Positions 1 through 9,294 of a stretch of 64,000 nt of DNA are shown here, in pieces. Numbering within the stretch: the stretch's first letter is position 1; every line of letters starts with the position of its first letter. This DNA is from a bacterium. GTDB taxonomy: Bacteria; Patescibacteriota; Minisyncoccia; Phycocordibacterales; Phycocordibacteraceae. Under the pieces are notes generated by a model that saw nothing but the letters and a program-made list of their open reading frames with translations, ran no database searches and had not been told where the DNA came from. The stretch is from contig JAJZTG010000003.1 in assembly GCA_021849125.1 (NCBI GenBank), positions 2,133-66,132 on the forward strand. The letters are read 5' to 3'. The translations under genes were made by a program, and so were the position numbers.

Positions 1-8
1 GCGCTACC

Positions 9-1340
9 ATGTTTTGCATGGATGTCTCGTCGTATTTCAAGGGAAAGAAGATAACTGTCATGGGGCTCGGCTTGCTTGGTCGAGGCGTGGGCGACGCGAA
101 ATACCTGGCAGAGTGCGGAGCAGAGCTCATCGTGACGGACAAGAAGACGCGCGAGGAGCTTGCGGAGTCGGTGGCACAGCTCGAAAATTTTCCGAATGTC
201 ACATTCGTGCTCGGTGAACATCGGCTTGATGATTTCCGCGGTCGCGACCTCATCCTTAAGGCTGCAGGTGTCCCGCTTGACTCGATATATGTCGCGGAAG
301 CGAAGAAGCACGAGACCCCGGTCCGGATGAGCGCGGACCTCTTTGCAGAGCTCGCGGGTATCCCGATCGTAGGTATCACTGGCACGCGCGGAAAATCGAC
401 GGTGACTCACATGGTACACGCGATCCTTGTGGCAGCAGGGAAGAAAGTGCTCCTCGGCGGGAACGTGCGCGGCGTATCGACACTCGCGCTTCTTCCTGAG
501 GTGACGCCAGACCATATCGCGGTGATGGAACTCGACTCCTGGCAGCTTCAGGGCTTTCATGAGGCGCGTCTCTCGCCGCATATCGCGGTCTTTACGACGT
601 TCTATCCTGATCACCAGAATTACTACAAGGATCAGCCGGAGGCGTATCTCGCTGACAAGGCGAATATTTTCCTTTTCCAAACGCCGAGCGATGCGCTCAT
701 CCTCGGTAAACAGTGTGCGGCGGCTGTTATCGAGAAGTATGGCGATCGGATCGATTCGCATACTCAGGTCGTCGACGAGCAAAAGCTTCCAGATATGTGG
801 ACGCTCAAGATTCCGGGCGTACATAATCGCTATGACGCTGCGCTCGCGCTTGCCGTGGCGCGCTCGCTCGAGATTCCTGACGAGGTGAGCCGCAAAGCGC
901 TCGAGACCTTCGGGGGTGTTCCAGGTCGGCTCGAGCTCGTGCGTGAGGTTAACGGCGTGAAGGTTTACAACGATACGACCGCGACAACGCCTGAGGCGAC
1001 GCTCGCTGCACTTGCGGCGCTCGATAACGGTAAGCGTCGCATCATCCTCATCATGGGCGGTGCTGACAAAGAGCTCGATATGAATACGCTCCTACACAAG
1101 ATCCCAGACTATACGAAGCGGGTGATCCTCCTTACGGGTACGGGCACGAATCGTGTGCTTGAATTTCTCCCCGGCGCATCTGTCTTCGACGATCTCGGTA
1201 ATGCGGTAAATGAAGCGTTTCTCACGGCAGAGTCGGGAGACATCATCCTCTTCTCGCCAGCTTTCGCGTCGTTCGGTATGTTCAAGAACGAGTACGACCG
1301 CGGCGATCGGTTCGACACGCTCGTGCAGTCTCGCACATGA
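9..1340 (+). CDS. murD: UDP-N-acetylmuramoylalanine--D-glutamate ligase (MurD)
   Basis: 443-aa ORF with the Mur ligase ATP-binding motif GITGTRGKST. Length and architecture fit MurD. The start may be the alternative M at 18. The 5' end sits close to the window edge. Confidence 0.85.
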   Translation: MFCMDVSSYFKGKKITVMGLGLLGRGVGDAKYLAECGAELIVTDKKTREELAESVAQLENFPNVTFVLGEHRLDDFRGRDLILKAAGVPLDSIYVAEAKKHETPVRMSADLFAELAGIPIVGITGTRGKSTVTHMVHAILVAAGKKVLLGGNVRGVSTLALLPEVTPDHIAVMELDSWQLQGFHEARLSPHIAVFTTFYPDHQNYYKDQPEAYLADKANIFLFQTPSDALILGKQCAAAVIEKYGDRIDSHTQVVDEQKLPDMWTLKIPGVHNRYDAALALAVARSLEIPDEVSRKALETFGGVPGRLELVREVNGVKVYNDTTATTPEATLAALAALDNGKRRIILIMGGADKELDMNTLLHKIPDYTKRVILLTGTGTNRVLEFLPGASVFDDLGNAVNEAFLTAESGDIILFSPAFASFGMFKNEYDRGDRFDTLVQSRT

Positions 1341-2095
1341 TCGGCATCTTCGACTCGGGGTCGGGTGGTCTTACCGTGCTTCGGGCGATCCGTGAAGACT
1401 TCCCGTCGGCCGACATTATCTATTTCGGTGACATCAAGAATGCGCCGTACGGATCGAAGTCGAACGCAGAGCTTTCGACGCTTACGGTCGACGCGATCGA
1501 CCGGCTCACGAAGCACGGCGCCACCAGTATCGTTTCCGCCTGCAATAGCGTCTCCGCATCGCTTGCGGTCTCGCTTGTCGATATGCTCGATCTCCCGCCC
1601 GGACACTTGATCGAGATGGTCGGACCGACGGTAGGCACGTTTCGGGGAAGCGCCGCGCGTGTCGTACTTGCGGCGACGCCGGCGACTGTTCGCGCCGAGA
1701 TTTATCAGAACGGGTTCCGCATGATACGGAAGGATATAACTGCGGTCGCGATACCTGATCTCGCTTCGGCCATCGAGTTTCGGGCGAGCGAGGATGAGAT
1801 GGAAAGGATTATCCGACAGGCTTTTGCAGGCGTCCCGCTTCGTCCAGGCGATACGCTTATCCTCGCTTGCACGCACTATCCGCTCGTCGCGCATGTATTC
1901 GCGCGGGTCTTCCCAGAGGTAATGCTGTTTGATCCGGCACATGCCGTAGCCGCACGGGTGAAGCGCGAGCTCTGGCCACGCGAGGTCGGGGAGGGGACGC
2001 TCCGCTTCATGATCACGAAGGATTCCGAACCGTTCCGAGAGAGGGTGAAGACCTTTTTCCCAGAAAGCGCCGACGCGGTCGTGGTGGTAGAGTAA
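1337..2095 (+). CDS. murI: glutamate racemase (MurI)
   Basis: N-terminal IGIFDSGSGGLTV motif and the second Cys motif LACTHYP. ATGA overlap with murD. Confidence 0.85.
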   Translation: MIGIFDSGSGGLTVLRAIREDFPSADIIYFGDIKNAPYGSKSNAELSTLTVDAIDRLTKHGATSIVSACNSVSASLAVSLVDMLDLPPGHLIEMVGPTVGTFRGSAARVVLAATPATVRAEIYQNGFRMIRKDITAVAIPDLASAIEFRASEDEMERIIRQAFAGVPLRPGDTLILACTHYPLVAHVFARVFPEVMLFDPAHAVAARVKRELWPREVGEGTLRFMITKDSEPFRERVKTFFPESADAVVVVE

Positions 2096-2099
2096 GAAC

Positions 2100-3380
2100 A
2101 TGAAAGAAGGGCAGAAGGCACATTTCGTAGGGATCGGCGGAATCGGGATGAGCGCGCTTGCGCAGCTTCTCGCGCATGATGGTGTCATCGTATCCGGTTC
2201 GGATCGAGACGCTGGGCCGACCACCGAGCTTCTTGAGTCGAAAGGCATCCACGTGCACATCGGACACGCGGCGGAGAACATCCCAGAGGATTGCGATGCG
2301 CTCATTTACAGTGATGCAGTACCCGCAGAGAACGCCGAACGGTCTGTCGCGGCCGAGCGCGGCATCCCGCAATTTTCATATTTCGAGATGCTCGGGAAAG
2401 TATCGGAGGGGCGTCGCACGATCGCGGTTTCCGGTACGCACGGCAAGACCACGACGACCGGCATGCTCGCGAAGATCCTTATCGACGCGGGTGCGAAGCC
2501 GACCGTCATCGTGGGTTCGATCGTGAAGGACTTCGGCAGCAATTACGTCGCCGGCGACTCAGGTCTCTTCGTCGTTGAGGCGTGCGAGTATCACGACCAT
2601 CTTCTCGAACTCTCGCCGGAAGTGCTCGTCATAAACAATCTCGAATGGGACCATACCGATTGGTTCCCCTCGCTTGCGGCGCTGCAGGATACCTTCCGGA
2701 AAGCGGTTGCGAAGGTACCGTCACAGGGCGTCATCGTGACCGATACCGAGAACCAGACTATCGCGCCGCTTCTTGAGAGCGCGCAAGCGCGTATCGTCGA
2801 CTATGTCCGTGAGCCCGCATTCGAACTCCAGCTCATCGGGACATTCAATCAGTCAAACGCGAAGGCTGCTGCGGCTGCCGCGCGCGCCGTGATGCCAGAA
2901 CTTTCCGACGAAGCGATCGCTACGTCGCTCGCGTCTTTTCACGGCACCTGGCGCCGTTTCGAATACAAGGGCGAAACGAAAGAGGACGCCGTCGTGTACG
3001 ACGACTATGCGCATCACCCGACGGCTATCAAGGAGACCTTGAAAGCGGCTCGTGCGCAGGCGAAGGGGAAACTTATCGTCGCGTTCCATCCGCACCTCTA
3101 CAGTCGCACGCGCGATCTCTTGAACGAATTCACCTCGGCGTTCGTCGATGCTGATGAGGTCGTGTTCGCGCCCATCTACGCGGCACGCGAAGCCGACGAC
3201 GGGAGCATCTCAAGCGAGATCCTTGCTGAGCGCGTGAGCGCGTCCGGCGTGCCAGCACAGGCGCTCGGCACTTTTGACGAGATCGCCGGATATCTCAAGA
3301 TGCATGCAGGGAAGGGCGACATGATCATCACCATGGGCGCGGGTGACATCTATAAGGTTGCGGACCAGCTCGTAGCTTAA
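2100..3380 (+). CDS. murC: UDP-N-acetylmuramate--L-alanine ligase (MurC)
   Basis: HFVGIGGIGMSALA N-terminus and GTHGKTTTT P-loop. 426 aa. Confidence 0.9.
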   Translation: MKEGQKAHFVGIGGIGMSALAQLLAHDGVIVSGSDRDAGPTTELLESKGIHVHIGHAAENIPEDCDALIYSDAVPAENAERSVAAERGIPQFSYFEMLGKVSEGRRTIAVSGTHGKTTTTGMLAKILIDAGAKPTVIVGSIVKDFGSNYVAGDSGLFVVEACEYHDHLLELSPEVLVINNLEWDHTDWFPSLAALQDTFRKAVAKVPSQGVIVTDTENQTIAPLLESAQARIVDYVREPAFELQLIGTFNQSNAKAAAAAARAVMPELSDEAIATSLASFHGTWRRFEYKGETKEDAVVYDDYAHHPTAIKETLKAARAQAKGKLIVAFHPHLYSRTRDLLNEFTSAFVDADEVVFAPIYAAREADDGSISSEILAERVSASGVPAQALGTFDEIAGYLKMHAGKGDMIITMGAGDIYKVADQLVA

Positions 3381-3886
3381 GGTTTCTCGAAGTGTTGCCA
3401 GTCTTTCCGGTCGGACCAATTCCCGCCCCATATCCAACCTCGGCTGATAAATAGGTCGGCAATCTCGGGTGTCACGGTACCTGGCTTGCGCGGGTCGTAG
3501 GTCGCGCCACGAGGTGCGACGTAATCGCCGCGTACATAAGGGTTCAGGCGCGGATTTATATCGACAGCTCGTCCGAACGCATGGTTTGAAAGTCGCTCAG
3601 TACCGGCGATAGTTCGATAGTTGAAAGCAGAAGAATTATTATCCTCCATCGAGACATCATCATCCCATCCATAAGCGCTGACCGGAATCATTTTTTCGAT
3701 AAGGAAGTGTTGCTCCGCAAGCGTGGCAAATATCTTACGCACATCGTTCACAAGATCTTTGTGGACGACTAGATATCCGGTTTCTTCTCGTTCTTCAAAT
3801 GAGAAATACGGTACGACAACGAGCTCGAGTGTCTTCCGGATGTCGGCGGGGATGTCCTTGTTGCGGAGTGCCTCATCGAGCGTCAT
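3377..3886 (-). CDS. M15 family D-alanyl-D-alanine carboxypeptidase (VanY-like)
   Basis: SNHAFGRAVD zinc-binding motif and a C-terminal GNWSDRKDWQHFE. Start trimmed to the internal M (MTLDEAL) so it does not overlap rsmI on the opposite strand. Confidence 0.65.
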   Translation of the reverse strand: MTLDEALRNKDIPADIRKTLELVVVPYFSFEEREETGYLVVHKDLVNDVRKIFATLAEQHFLIEKMIPVSAYGWDDDVSMEDNNSSAFNYRTIAGTERLSNHAFGRAVDINPRLNPYVRGDYVAPRGATYDPRKPGTVTPEIADLFISRGWIWGGNWSDRKDWQHFEKP

Positions 3887-3925
3887 GGAAACATTGTACT
3901 CCCGGTATGGTAGAGTGCACCCATC

Positions 3926-4609
3926 ATGGGAACCCTCTCCATCGTCGCGACGCCGATCGGCAACCTGGAAGACCTGACCTTCCGGGCGCTCAGGACGCTT
4001 GCTGAATGCGACGTCATCTACGCGGAAGACACGCGCGTCATCGCGAAGCTCCTCTCGCGCTACGACCTCCACAAGCCGCTCCAGCGGCTCGATGCCATGA
4101 CGGAAGCCGAACGCTCAGGAGATGTCATTGCGCGCCTTGAAGCAGGGGAGAAGATCGTGTACGTGAGCGATGCAGGGACACCGGGCATCTCCGATCCGGG
4201 CGCGCGGCTCGTCGCGCGGGTGCGCGAGGCTTTGCCGAAGGCGATGATAGAAGCGATCCCGGGACCTTCAGCGCTTACGGCCGCACTTTCGATCGCCGGC
4301 ATCGACCTTACTGGCGGCTTCACCTTCCTTGGCTTCTTGCCGCACAAGAAGGGAAGGCAGACGCTTTTGAAGAAGATCGCGGAAAGCGAGATCCCCGTCG
4401 TACTTTATGAGTCGCCGCACCGTATCGAAAAGCTTCTCGAAGAACTCTCCTCGATCGATGTATCGCACGTGACCGTCGCCCGGGAACTTACGAAGGTTCA
4501 TGAGGAGGTCCTCTCGGGAACCGCCGCAGAGCTCAAGGCGCATTTTGCCGCACACTCGAGTACGATTCGTGGTGAATTTGTGGTGATCATCGAAGCACAG
4601 CGTAGATGA
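3926..4609 (+). CDS. rsmI: 16S rRNA (cytidine1402-2'-O)-methyltransferase RsmI
   Basis: Tetrapyrrole-methylase fold with ATPIGNLEDLTFRAL and YESPHR motifs. 227 aa. Confidence 0.85.
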   Translation: MGTLSIVATPIGNLEDLTFRALRTLAECDVIYAEDTRVIAKLLSRYDLHKPLQRLDAMTEAERSGDVIARLEAGEKIVYVSDAGTPGISDPGARLVARVREALPKAMIEAIPGPSALTAALSIAGIDLTGGFTFLGFLPHKKGRQTLLKKIAESEIPVVLYESPHRIEKLLEELSSIDVSHVTVARELTKVHEEVLSGTAAELKAHFAAHSSTIRGEFVVIIEAQRR

Positions 4610-4644
4610 TCACCACCCTGTTAAATCCCTTCAAATCGGCCGCT

Positions 4645-4904
4645 ATGTTTTACACGTACGTTCTTCGCTCCGAAAAAGATGGGAAGTTTTATACAGGATT
4701 CACGTCAGATTTGAAGGGACGATTTGAGGAGCATAAGAAAGGGAGAGTGGAATCGACGAAAGACCGCTTACCGTTGTTTTGGCCTATTATGAAGCCTGTA
4801 TAAGCGAGAAAGATGCTCGTCATCGCGAACGGTATCTTAAAACGCACCACGGCAAGCTATTTCTCAGGAACCGCCTCAAATCGTATTTAACAGGGTTCGC
4901 ATAG
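4645..4904 (+). pseudogene. GIY-YIG nuclease family gene interrupted by a frameshift
   Basis: N-terminal MFYTYVLRSEKDGKFYTGFTSDLKGRFEEHKKG is a typical GIY-YIG core. The conserved C-terminus YYEACISEKDARHRERYLKTHHGKLFLRNRLKSYL continues in another frame after a T-run (ttgttttgg, ~4776). Confidence 0.5.
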
Positions 4905-4906
4905 TC

Positions 4907-4915
4907 TGGTAGACT
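4907..4915 (+). promoter_or_regulatory. extended -10 (TGGTAGACT) abutting the ATG; leaderless candidate
   Basis: TGnTAnnnT motif immediately before the ATG at 4916. Confidence 0.35.
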
Positions 4916-5146
4916 ATGCTCATGTCCCGCACAAGCACCACGATCATCCTCGGTATCCTCATCATCCTGACTCCGTTTTCAGGCCTTCCGGTCGCGATCC
5001 GCTCGCTTCTGCTTGTCGTTTTCGGTCTCGGCGTCCTCATGGTCGGCTTTTCGATGCGTAAGCATGAAGTCAGCTCGGCTGCTGCGCCGGTTATGCCAAA
5101 CGAACCGACGCCGGAACCCGCCGAACACCCGGTCGCGATGGGATAA
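4916..5146 (+). CDS. small membrane protein (2 predicted TM helices)
   Basis: Two hydrophobic stretches (IILGILIILTPF and LLLVVFGLGVLMVGF). Followed by a strong terminator. Confidence 0.4.
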   Translation: MLMSRTSTTIILGILIILTPFSGLPVAIRSLLLVVFGLGVLMVGFSMRKHEVSSAAAPVMPNEPTPEPAEHPVAMG

Positions 5147-5160
5147 CCGTTTTGTAATAA

Positions 5161-5192
5161 AGACTCGCGCACGAAACGTGCGCGAGTCTTTG
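5161..5192 (+). terminator. rho-independent terminator
   Basis: Perfect 13-bp stem AGACTCGCGCACG/CGTGCGCGAGTCT with an AAA loop, then TTTG. Confidence 0.65.
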
Positions 5193-5199
5193 CTATACT
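5191..5199 (+). promoter_or_regulatory. extended -10 box TGCTATACT
   Basis: Lies 7 nt upstream of the ATG at 5207. The identical 9-mer recurs at 31063 and 45418. Confidence 0.45.
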
Positions 5200-5206
5200 C
5201 ACTCAT

Positions 5207-7087
5207 ATGGATAACCCAGAGCGCGTAACGTACTTTGCGGCGACTGATGCGCGTGGCAAACGGATTCCTTTTGGTATCAAAGCGAAGGATCGCGACCGGC
5301 ACATGTACGTGATCGGTAAGACCGGCATGGGCAAGTCGACCTTGCTCGAGAACATGGCCATCCAGGATGTCCGGAACGGGGAAGGACTCGCGTTCCTCGA
5401 CCCGCACGGCTCCGCCATCGACAACCTGTTGAACTACATCCCTGAGGACCGCATCAAGGACGTGGTCTACTTCGCCCCGTTCGATATGGACCACCCCATC
5501 GCCTTCAACGTGATGGAGGACGTGGGATACGACAAGCGCCATTTGGTCGTGTCGGGTCTCATGGCGACCTTCAAGAAGATCTGGCAGGACGCCTGGAGCG
5601 CCCGCATGGAGTACATCCTCACCAACACGCTCCTTGCGCTTCTCGAGTATCCCGACGCGACTTTGCTCGGTGTGAATCGGATGTACACGGACAAAGCGTT
5701 CCGTCAGAAGGTCGTCGATAACGTGAAGGACCCGGTCGTGAAGGATTTCTGGGTGAAGGAGTTCGCGAACTATGGCGATCGCTATACGCAGGAGGCCACG
5801 CCGGCCATCCAGAACAAGATCGGCCAATTCACGGGCAACCCTTTGATCCGTAACATCATCGGTCAGTCGAAGTCTTCCTTCGACATCCGCAAGATGATGG
5901 ACGAGAAGAAGATCCTCCTCATCAACCTCTCGAAGGGTCTCGTGGGCGAGACGAACATGCGCCTCTTGGGCTCGATGCTCGTGACGCGCATCTTCCTTGC
6001 CGCGATGAGCCGTGCAGGTTCTTCAGCGGAGGAGATGGCGAAACTCCCGCACTTCTACTTCTATGTCGACGAATTCCAGAACTTCGCGAACGAGACGTTC
6101 GCCGAGATCCTCTCCGAATCGCGCAAGTACAAGCTCGACCTTACGATCGCGCATCAGTACATCGAGCAGATGGAAGAAGAGGTGCGCGACGCCGTCTTCG
6201 GCAACGTGGGTACGACCGTCACCTTCCGCGTGGGACCTTTCGATGCTGAGGTGCTCGAGACCGTTTTCATGCCCAAGTTCACCAAGGAAGACATCGTTTC
6301 CTTGGATAAGCGCCAGGTCTATCTTTCGCTCATGATCGACGGGGTGGGAAGTGCACCTTTTTCTGCGGTGACAATCCCGCCTATCGAGCCGCCGCCGGTC
6401 TCACACAAGGACGCGATCATCGAAGCATCGCGCACACAGTTTTCGATGCCGCGGGAAGGGATCGAGAAGTCCATCATGGACGAACTTATGGAAAGCGTGG
6501 CATCGGAGGCTCCGGCTGATGCACGCATGCGCCGGAAGCCCGCAGCGCCGATGGTGCGGGAAGGTATGCAGACGCCACGTCCTCCGCGTGGTGACATACC
6601 GCCACGGCCGCAGTACCCGCGTGAACCGCGTCAGGACTTCACACCTCGCCCGCAATCTCCGCGAGAAGAAATGCCGCCTCGTCGGGTGCCGGAAAATCGT
6701 CCGACGCAAGAGCACCGCCCTCTGCCTCCGAGGCGTGAAGCAGCCCCAGAGCGCCAGGCACCCGCAGCAAAGAGCCCTGATGAGCTCAAGGCGCTCCTGC
6801 GCTCCATGACCGCGAAGGTAACGGTTGAGAAGGAAGAGAAGAAGACTGAGAGCCAGCAATCGCTCAAGGGCGCCCTTGCGAGCGTGCTTGCAAAGCGCGA
6901 GGCACCTGCTCCACAGGAAAAGAGGGAAGTACCGCCACGCCCCGAAGTGTCGGCCCCGCCGAGGGTTGAAACACCACCTGCGCCACCAGTGCCTCCTACG
7001 CCTCCCGCACCGCCGATTCTCCCGGAAAAGAAACCCTTTGAGGTCCCAGAGGACGCGCTCCGTCGCGTGCTCAAAGGCGAAGAGTGA
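5207..7087 (+). CDS. AAA_10/TraG-TraD-VirD4-like P-loop NTPase with proline-rich disordered C-terminal tail
   Basis: Walker A YVIGKTGMGKST, Walker B YFYVDEFQNFA, and no N-terminal TM helices. The last ~200 aa are low-complexity and rich in P, R and E (PRPPRGDIPPRPQYPREPRQ...PPAPPVPPTPPAPP). Confidence 0.5.
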   Translation: MDNPERVTYFAATDARGKRIPFGIKAKDRDRHMYVIGKTGMGKSTLLENMAIQDVRNGEGLAFLDPHGSAIDNLLNYIPEDRIKDVVYFAPFDMDHPIAFNVMEDVGYDKRHLVVSGLMATFKKIWQDAWSARMEYILTNTLLALLEYPDATLLGVNRMYTDKAFRQKVVDNVKDPVVKDFWVKEFANYGDRYTQEATPAIQNKIGQFTGNPLIRNIIGQSKSSFDIRKMMDEKKILLINLSKGLVGETNMRLLGSMLVTRIFLAAMSRAGSSAEEMAKLPHFYFYVDEFQNFANETFAEILSESRKYKLDLTIAHQYIEQMEEEVRDAVFGNVGTTVTFRVGPFDAEVLETVFMPKFTKEDIVSLDKRQVYLSLMIDGVGSAPFSAVTIPPIEPPPVSHKDAIIEASRTQFSMPREGIEKSIMDELMESVASEAPADARMRRKPAAPMVREGMQTPRPPRGDIPPRPQYPREPRQDFTPRPQSPREEMPPRRVPENRPTQEHRPLPPRREAAPERQAPAAKSPDELKALLRSMTAKVTVEKEEKKTESQQSLKGALASVLAKREAPAPQEKREVPPRPEVSAPPRVETPPAPPVPPTPPAPPILPEKKPFEVPEDALRRVLKGEE

Positions 7088-7088
7088 C

Positions 7089-8351
7089 ATGACGTTGCTG
7101 AGCCGTACCGGAATCATTGCTGTCGTGGCTATGGCTTTCCCGGTTACGGCGTTTGCGTCGAGCGCTCCGACGCTTACGACCTACACTATTTCTGATACGA
7201 CGATCTATCCGACCGCTTCTGTCGGATCCGGCTTCGCGACCTCGACGACTATCGATATCGCGTTCTCCGAGAAAGTGAAAGCTTCGATCAAGCTTCAGTC
7301 ATCGGACGGCTCTACGCTCACGCTTTACTCGAGCTCAGGCGTTACGAACCCGAGTCCGAAAACGTGGGACGGGACGGACGGGAATGGCGCCGCTGTGGCA
7401 AACGGTACCTACACCGTCTTCATAGCGGCGACCTCGATCGCCACCGGTCTCGACATGAGCGATTCGTCGAAGACGATAATCGTGAGTTCATCATCGACCT
7501 CAAGTGCACCGACACCGACCGTTTCTGGGAGTGCGACGGTGTATGTACCTCCACCCTCAGCCCTTATCGTCTCCGCAGGAGCTGATCAATCGGTCATGGC
7601 TGAAGTCCCTGTATCGTTCTCAGTGAAGGTAACCGCAAAGGGTGGCGGCGAGGACTCTGCGGCGAAGGTCGTCTGGAGTTTCGGCGACGGTTCCTCAGCT
7701 GAGGGTAAGGCGGTTGAGAAAACATACCGATATCCCGGCACGTATCTTGTCGTCGTGACTGCCACAGACGGTTCGGCAAAGGCGACGGATGATCTTATCG
7801 TGAAGGTTACGCGTCCGATGGTGGGTATCACGTCGGTTGCAGGTGAGGGGATCACGCTCAAGAACGATTCTGATGACCGACTCGACCTTTCGAATTGGCG
7901 GATCGTCTCGGGTATCGCTACTTTCCGTATACCGCTTGGCATGACGCTTCTCCCGCATGCGAGCGTCATGTTCCCGTACACGATCACGAATCTGCCGGTG
8001 AGTTTCGATGCGGTACTCGAATACCCAAACGGTCTCGTCGCTGCGCGGTACGCACCGCAACCGGTCCCTGGGGCGGTTCTCGCGACAGTGCAACCTCAAG
8101 CGCCTGTTGCGAGTTCTCCTTTAGTGCAAGCGGTCGAACCGATTAGCAGTAGAAAGGCAGCCGTCAAGCCCAATGAACAAGCAGTAATCGCCCCCGCAGC
8201 AGCGATGGAACTCGCTGCTGCGGGGGCGGCCATCCCCGAGAGAGAAGAAGCCGTCTCGCAGTCTTCTGAGCGTAGCTTCTTCTCGTCGCCTTGGACCTAT
8301 GGGTTCCTTGGGGTCGTGGTGTTGGCCGCGGGCGCGTTCATTCTCTTATAA
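7089..8351 (+). CDS. surface protein: signal peptide + FlgD-Ig-like + PKD + lamin-tail-like domain + C-terminal TM anchor
   Basis: Signal peptide MTLLSRTGIIAVVAMAFPVTAFA. Motifs: WDGTDGNGAAVANGTYTVFIAAT (FlgD Ig-like), VVWSFGDGSSAEGKAVEKTYRYPGTYLVVVTATDGS (PKD) and LSNWRIVSG (LTD). Hydrophobic C-terminus FLGVVVLAAGAFILL. Confidence 0.65.
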   Translation: MTLLSRTGIIAVVAMAFPVTAFASSAPTLTTYTISDTTIYPTASVGSGFATSTTIDIAFSEKVKASIKLQSSDGSTLTLYSSSGVTNPSPKTWDGTDGNGAAVANGTYTVFIAATSIATGLDMSDSSKTIIVSSSSTSSAPTPTVSGSATVYVPPPSALIVSAGADQSVMAEVPVSFSVKVTAKGGGEDSAAKVVWSFGDGSSAEGKAVEKTYRYPGTYLVVVTATDGSAKATDDLIVKVTRPMVGITSVAGEGITLKNDSDDRLDLSNWRIVSGIATFRIPLGMTLLPHASVMFPYTITNLPVSFDAVLEYPNGLVAARYAPQPVPGAVLATVQPQAPVASSPLVQAVEPISSRKAAVKPNEQAVIAPAAAMELAAAGAAIPEREEAVSQSSERSFFSSPWTYGFLGVVVLAAGAFILL

Positions 8352-8363
8352 GATCGAGAACCG

Positions 8364-8398
8364 CCCCAGATGTGAAAGTCCGACTTTCACATCTGGGG
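8364..8398. repeat. perfect 17-bp-arm palindrome (REP-like / terminator hairpin), core AAGTCCGACTT
   Basis: CCCCAGATGTGAAAGTC-C-GACTTTCACATCTGGGG, 13 nt after the stop at 8351. It shares a 20-bp identity with the element at 61041..61064. Confidence 0.7.
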
Positions 8399-8436
8399 CG
8401 GAAAGGGTAGTTTTACGGTATGCTTTCATTAATTTC

Positions 8437-9294
8437 ATGGACAAACAGAAACTCATCGTAGTCACCGGCGGGGCAGGGTTCATAGGCTCGCACCTCTGCG
8501 AGCGCCTGGTGAAAGACGGCCACAAGGTCATCTCGCTCGACAACTACTTCACCGGAAGCCGGGACAACCACGTTCCTGGCGTCGAGTATCGTGAGGGGCA
8601 CACCAAAGACATCGAGAAGCTTATCCCAGAGACGCCGGATATCGTTTACCACTTGGGAGAGTACTCGCGTGTCGAGAAGAGTCTTGAGGAGCCGGCGCTC
8701 GTCTGGGATTTGAACAAGGACGGCACATTCGGCGTTGTCGAGTTTTGGCGGAAAAAAGGAGGGAAGTTAGTCTACGCCGGTTCCTCGACTAAATTCGGTG
8801 ACGGCGGTCTCGGTCGTATGCAAAGTCCCTACGCATGGAGCAAGGCGAGTAATACCGAACTCATAAGGAATTACGGTGCGTGGTACGGGTTGCCGTACGC
8901 GATAACTTATTTCTATAACGTATATGGTCCAGGTGAACGGGCCGGCACATACGGCACCGTTATTGAGATATTCCGTCAGAAAGTGCTCGCAGGCGAGCCG
9001 CTTGAGGTTACGTCGCCTGGAACACAGAAGCGCAATTTTACGCATGTCGACGACATCATAGATGGCCTTATCTTGGTTGGCGAGGATGGTATCGGAGATG
9101 ACTTTGGTATCGGAGATGAAAAAGCATATTCGATTATTGAGGTGGCACAGATGTTTGGGAAAGAGATTGTCATGAAGCCTGCGGCGGCCGGCAATCGTAT
9201 GGGTTCGGATATCGATACCAGCAAGGTGCAGGCTCTCGGGTGGACTCCAAAGAAACATCTCAAGGAGTACATACGAGAAACGTTCGGTGCATGA
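8437..9294 (+). CDS. NAD-dependent epimerase/dehydratase, UDP-glucuronate decarboxylase (UXS)-like
   Basis: VVTGGAGFIGSHLCERLVKDGHKVISLDNYFTGSRDNH closely matches the UXS N-terminus. YAWSK catalytic YxxxK motif. Confidence 0.75.
   Translation: MDKQKLIVVTGGAGFIGSHLCERLVKDGHKVISLDNYFTGSRDNHVPGVEYREGHTKDIEKLIPETPDIVYHLGEYSRVEKSLEEPALVWDLNKDGTFGVVEFWRKKGGKLVYAGSSTKFGDGGLGRMQSPYAWSKASNTELIRNYGAWYGLPYAITYFYNVYGPGERAGTYGTVIEIFRQKVLAGEPLEVTSPGTQKRNFTHVDDIIDGLILVGEDGIGDDFGIGDEKAYSIIEVAQMFGKEIVMKPAAAGNRMGSDIDTSKVQALGWTPKKHLKEYIRETFGA

Noticed and set aside
1109-2305. 398-aa minus-strand ORF overlapping murD/murI
   Set aside because: Arg/Ser-rich low-complexity translation antisense to two well-supported Mur genes. 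This is a typical spurious antisense ORF in high-GC DNA.
6401-7117. Minus-strand 238-aa and 147-aa ORFs over the Pro-rich tail of the ATPase
   Set aside because: Low-complexity sequence yields open frames on all strands. The plus-strand frame is continuous with the ATPase domain.
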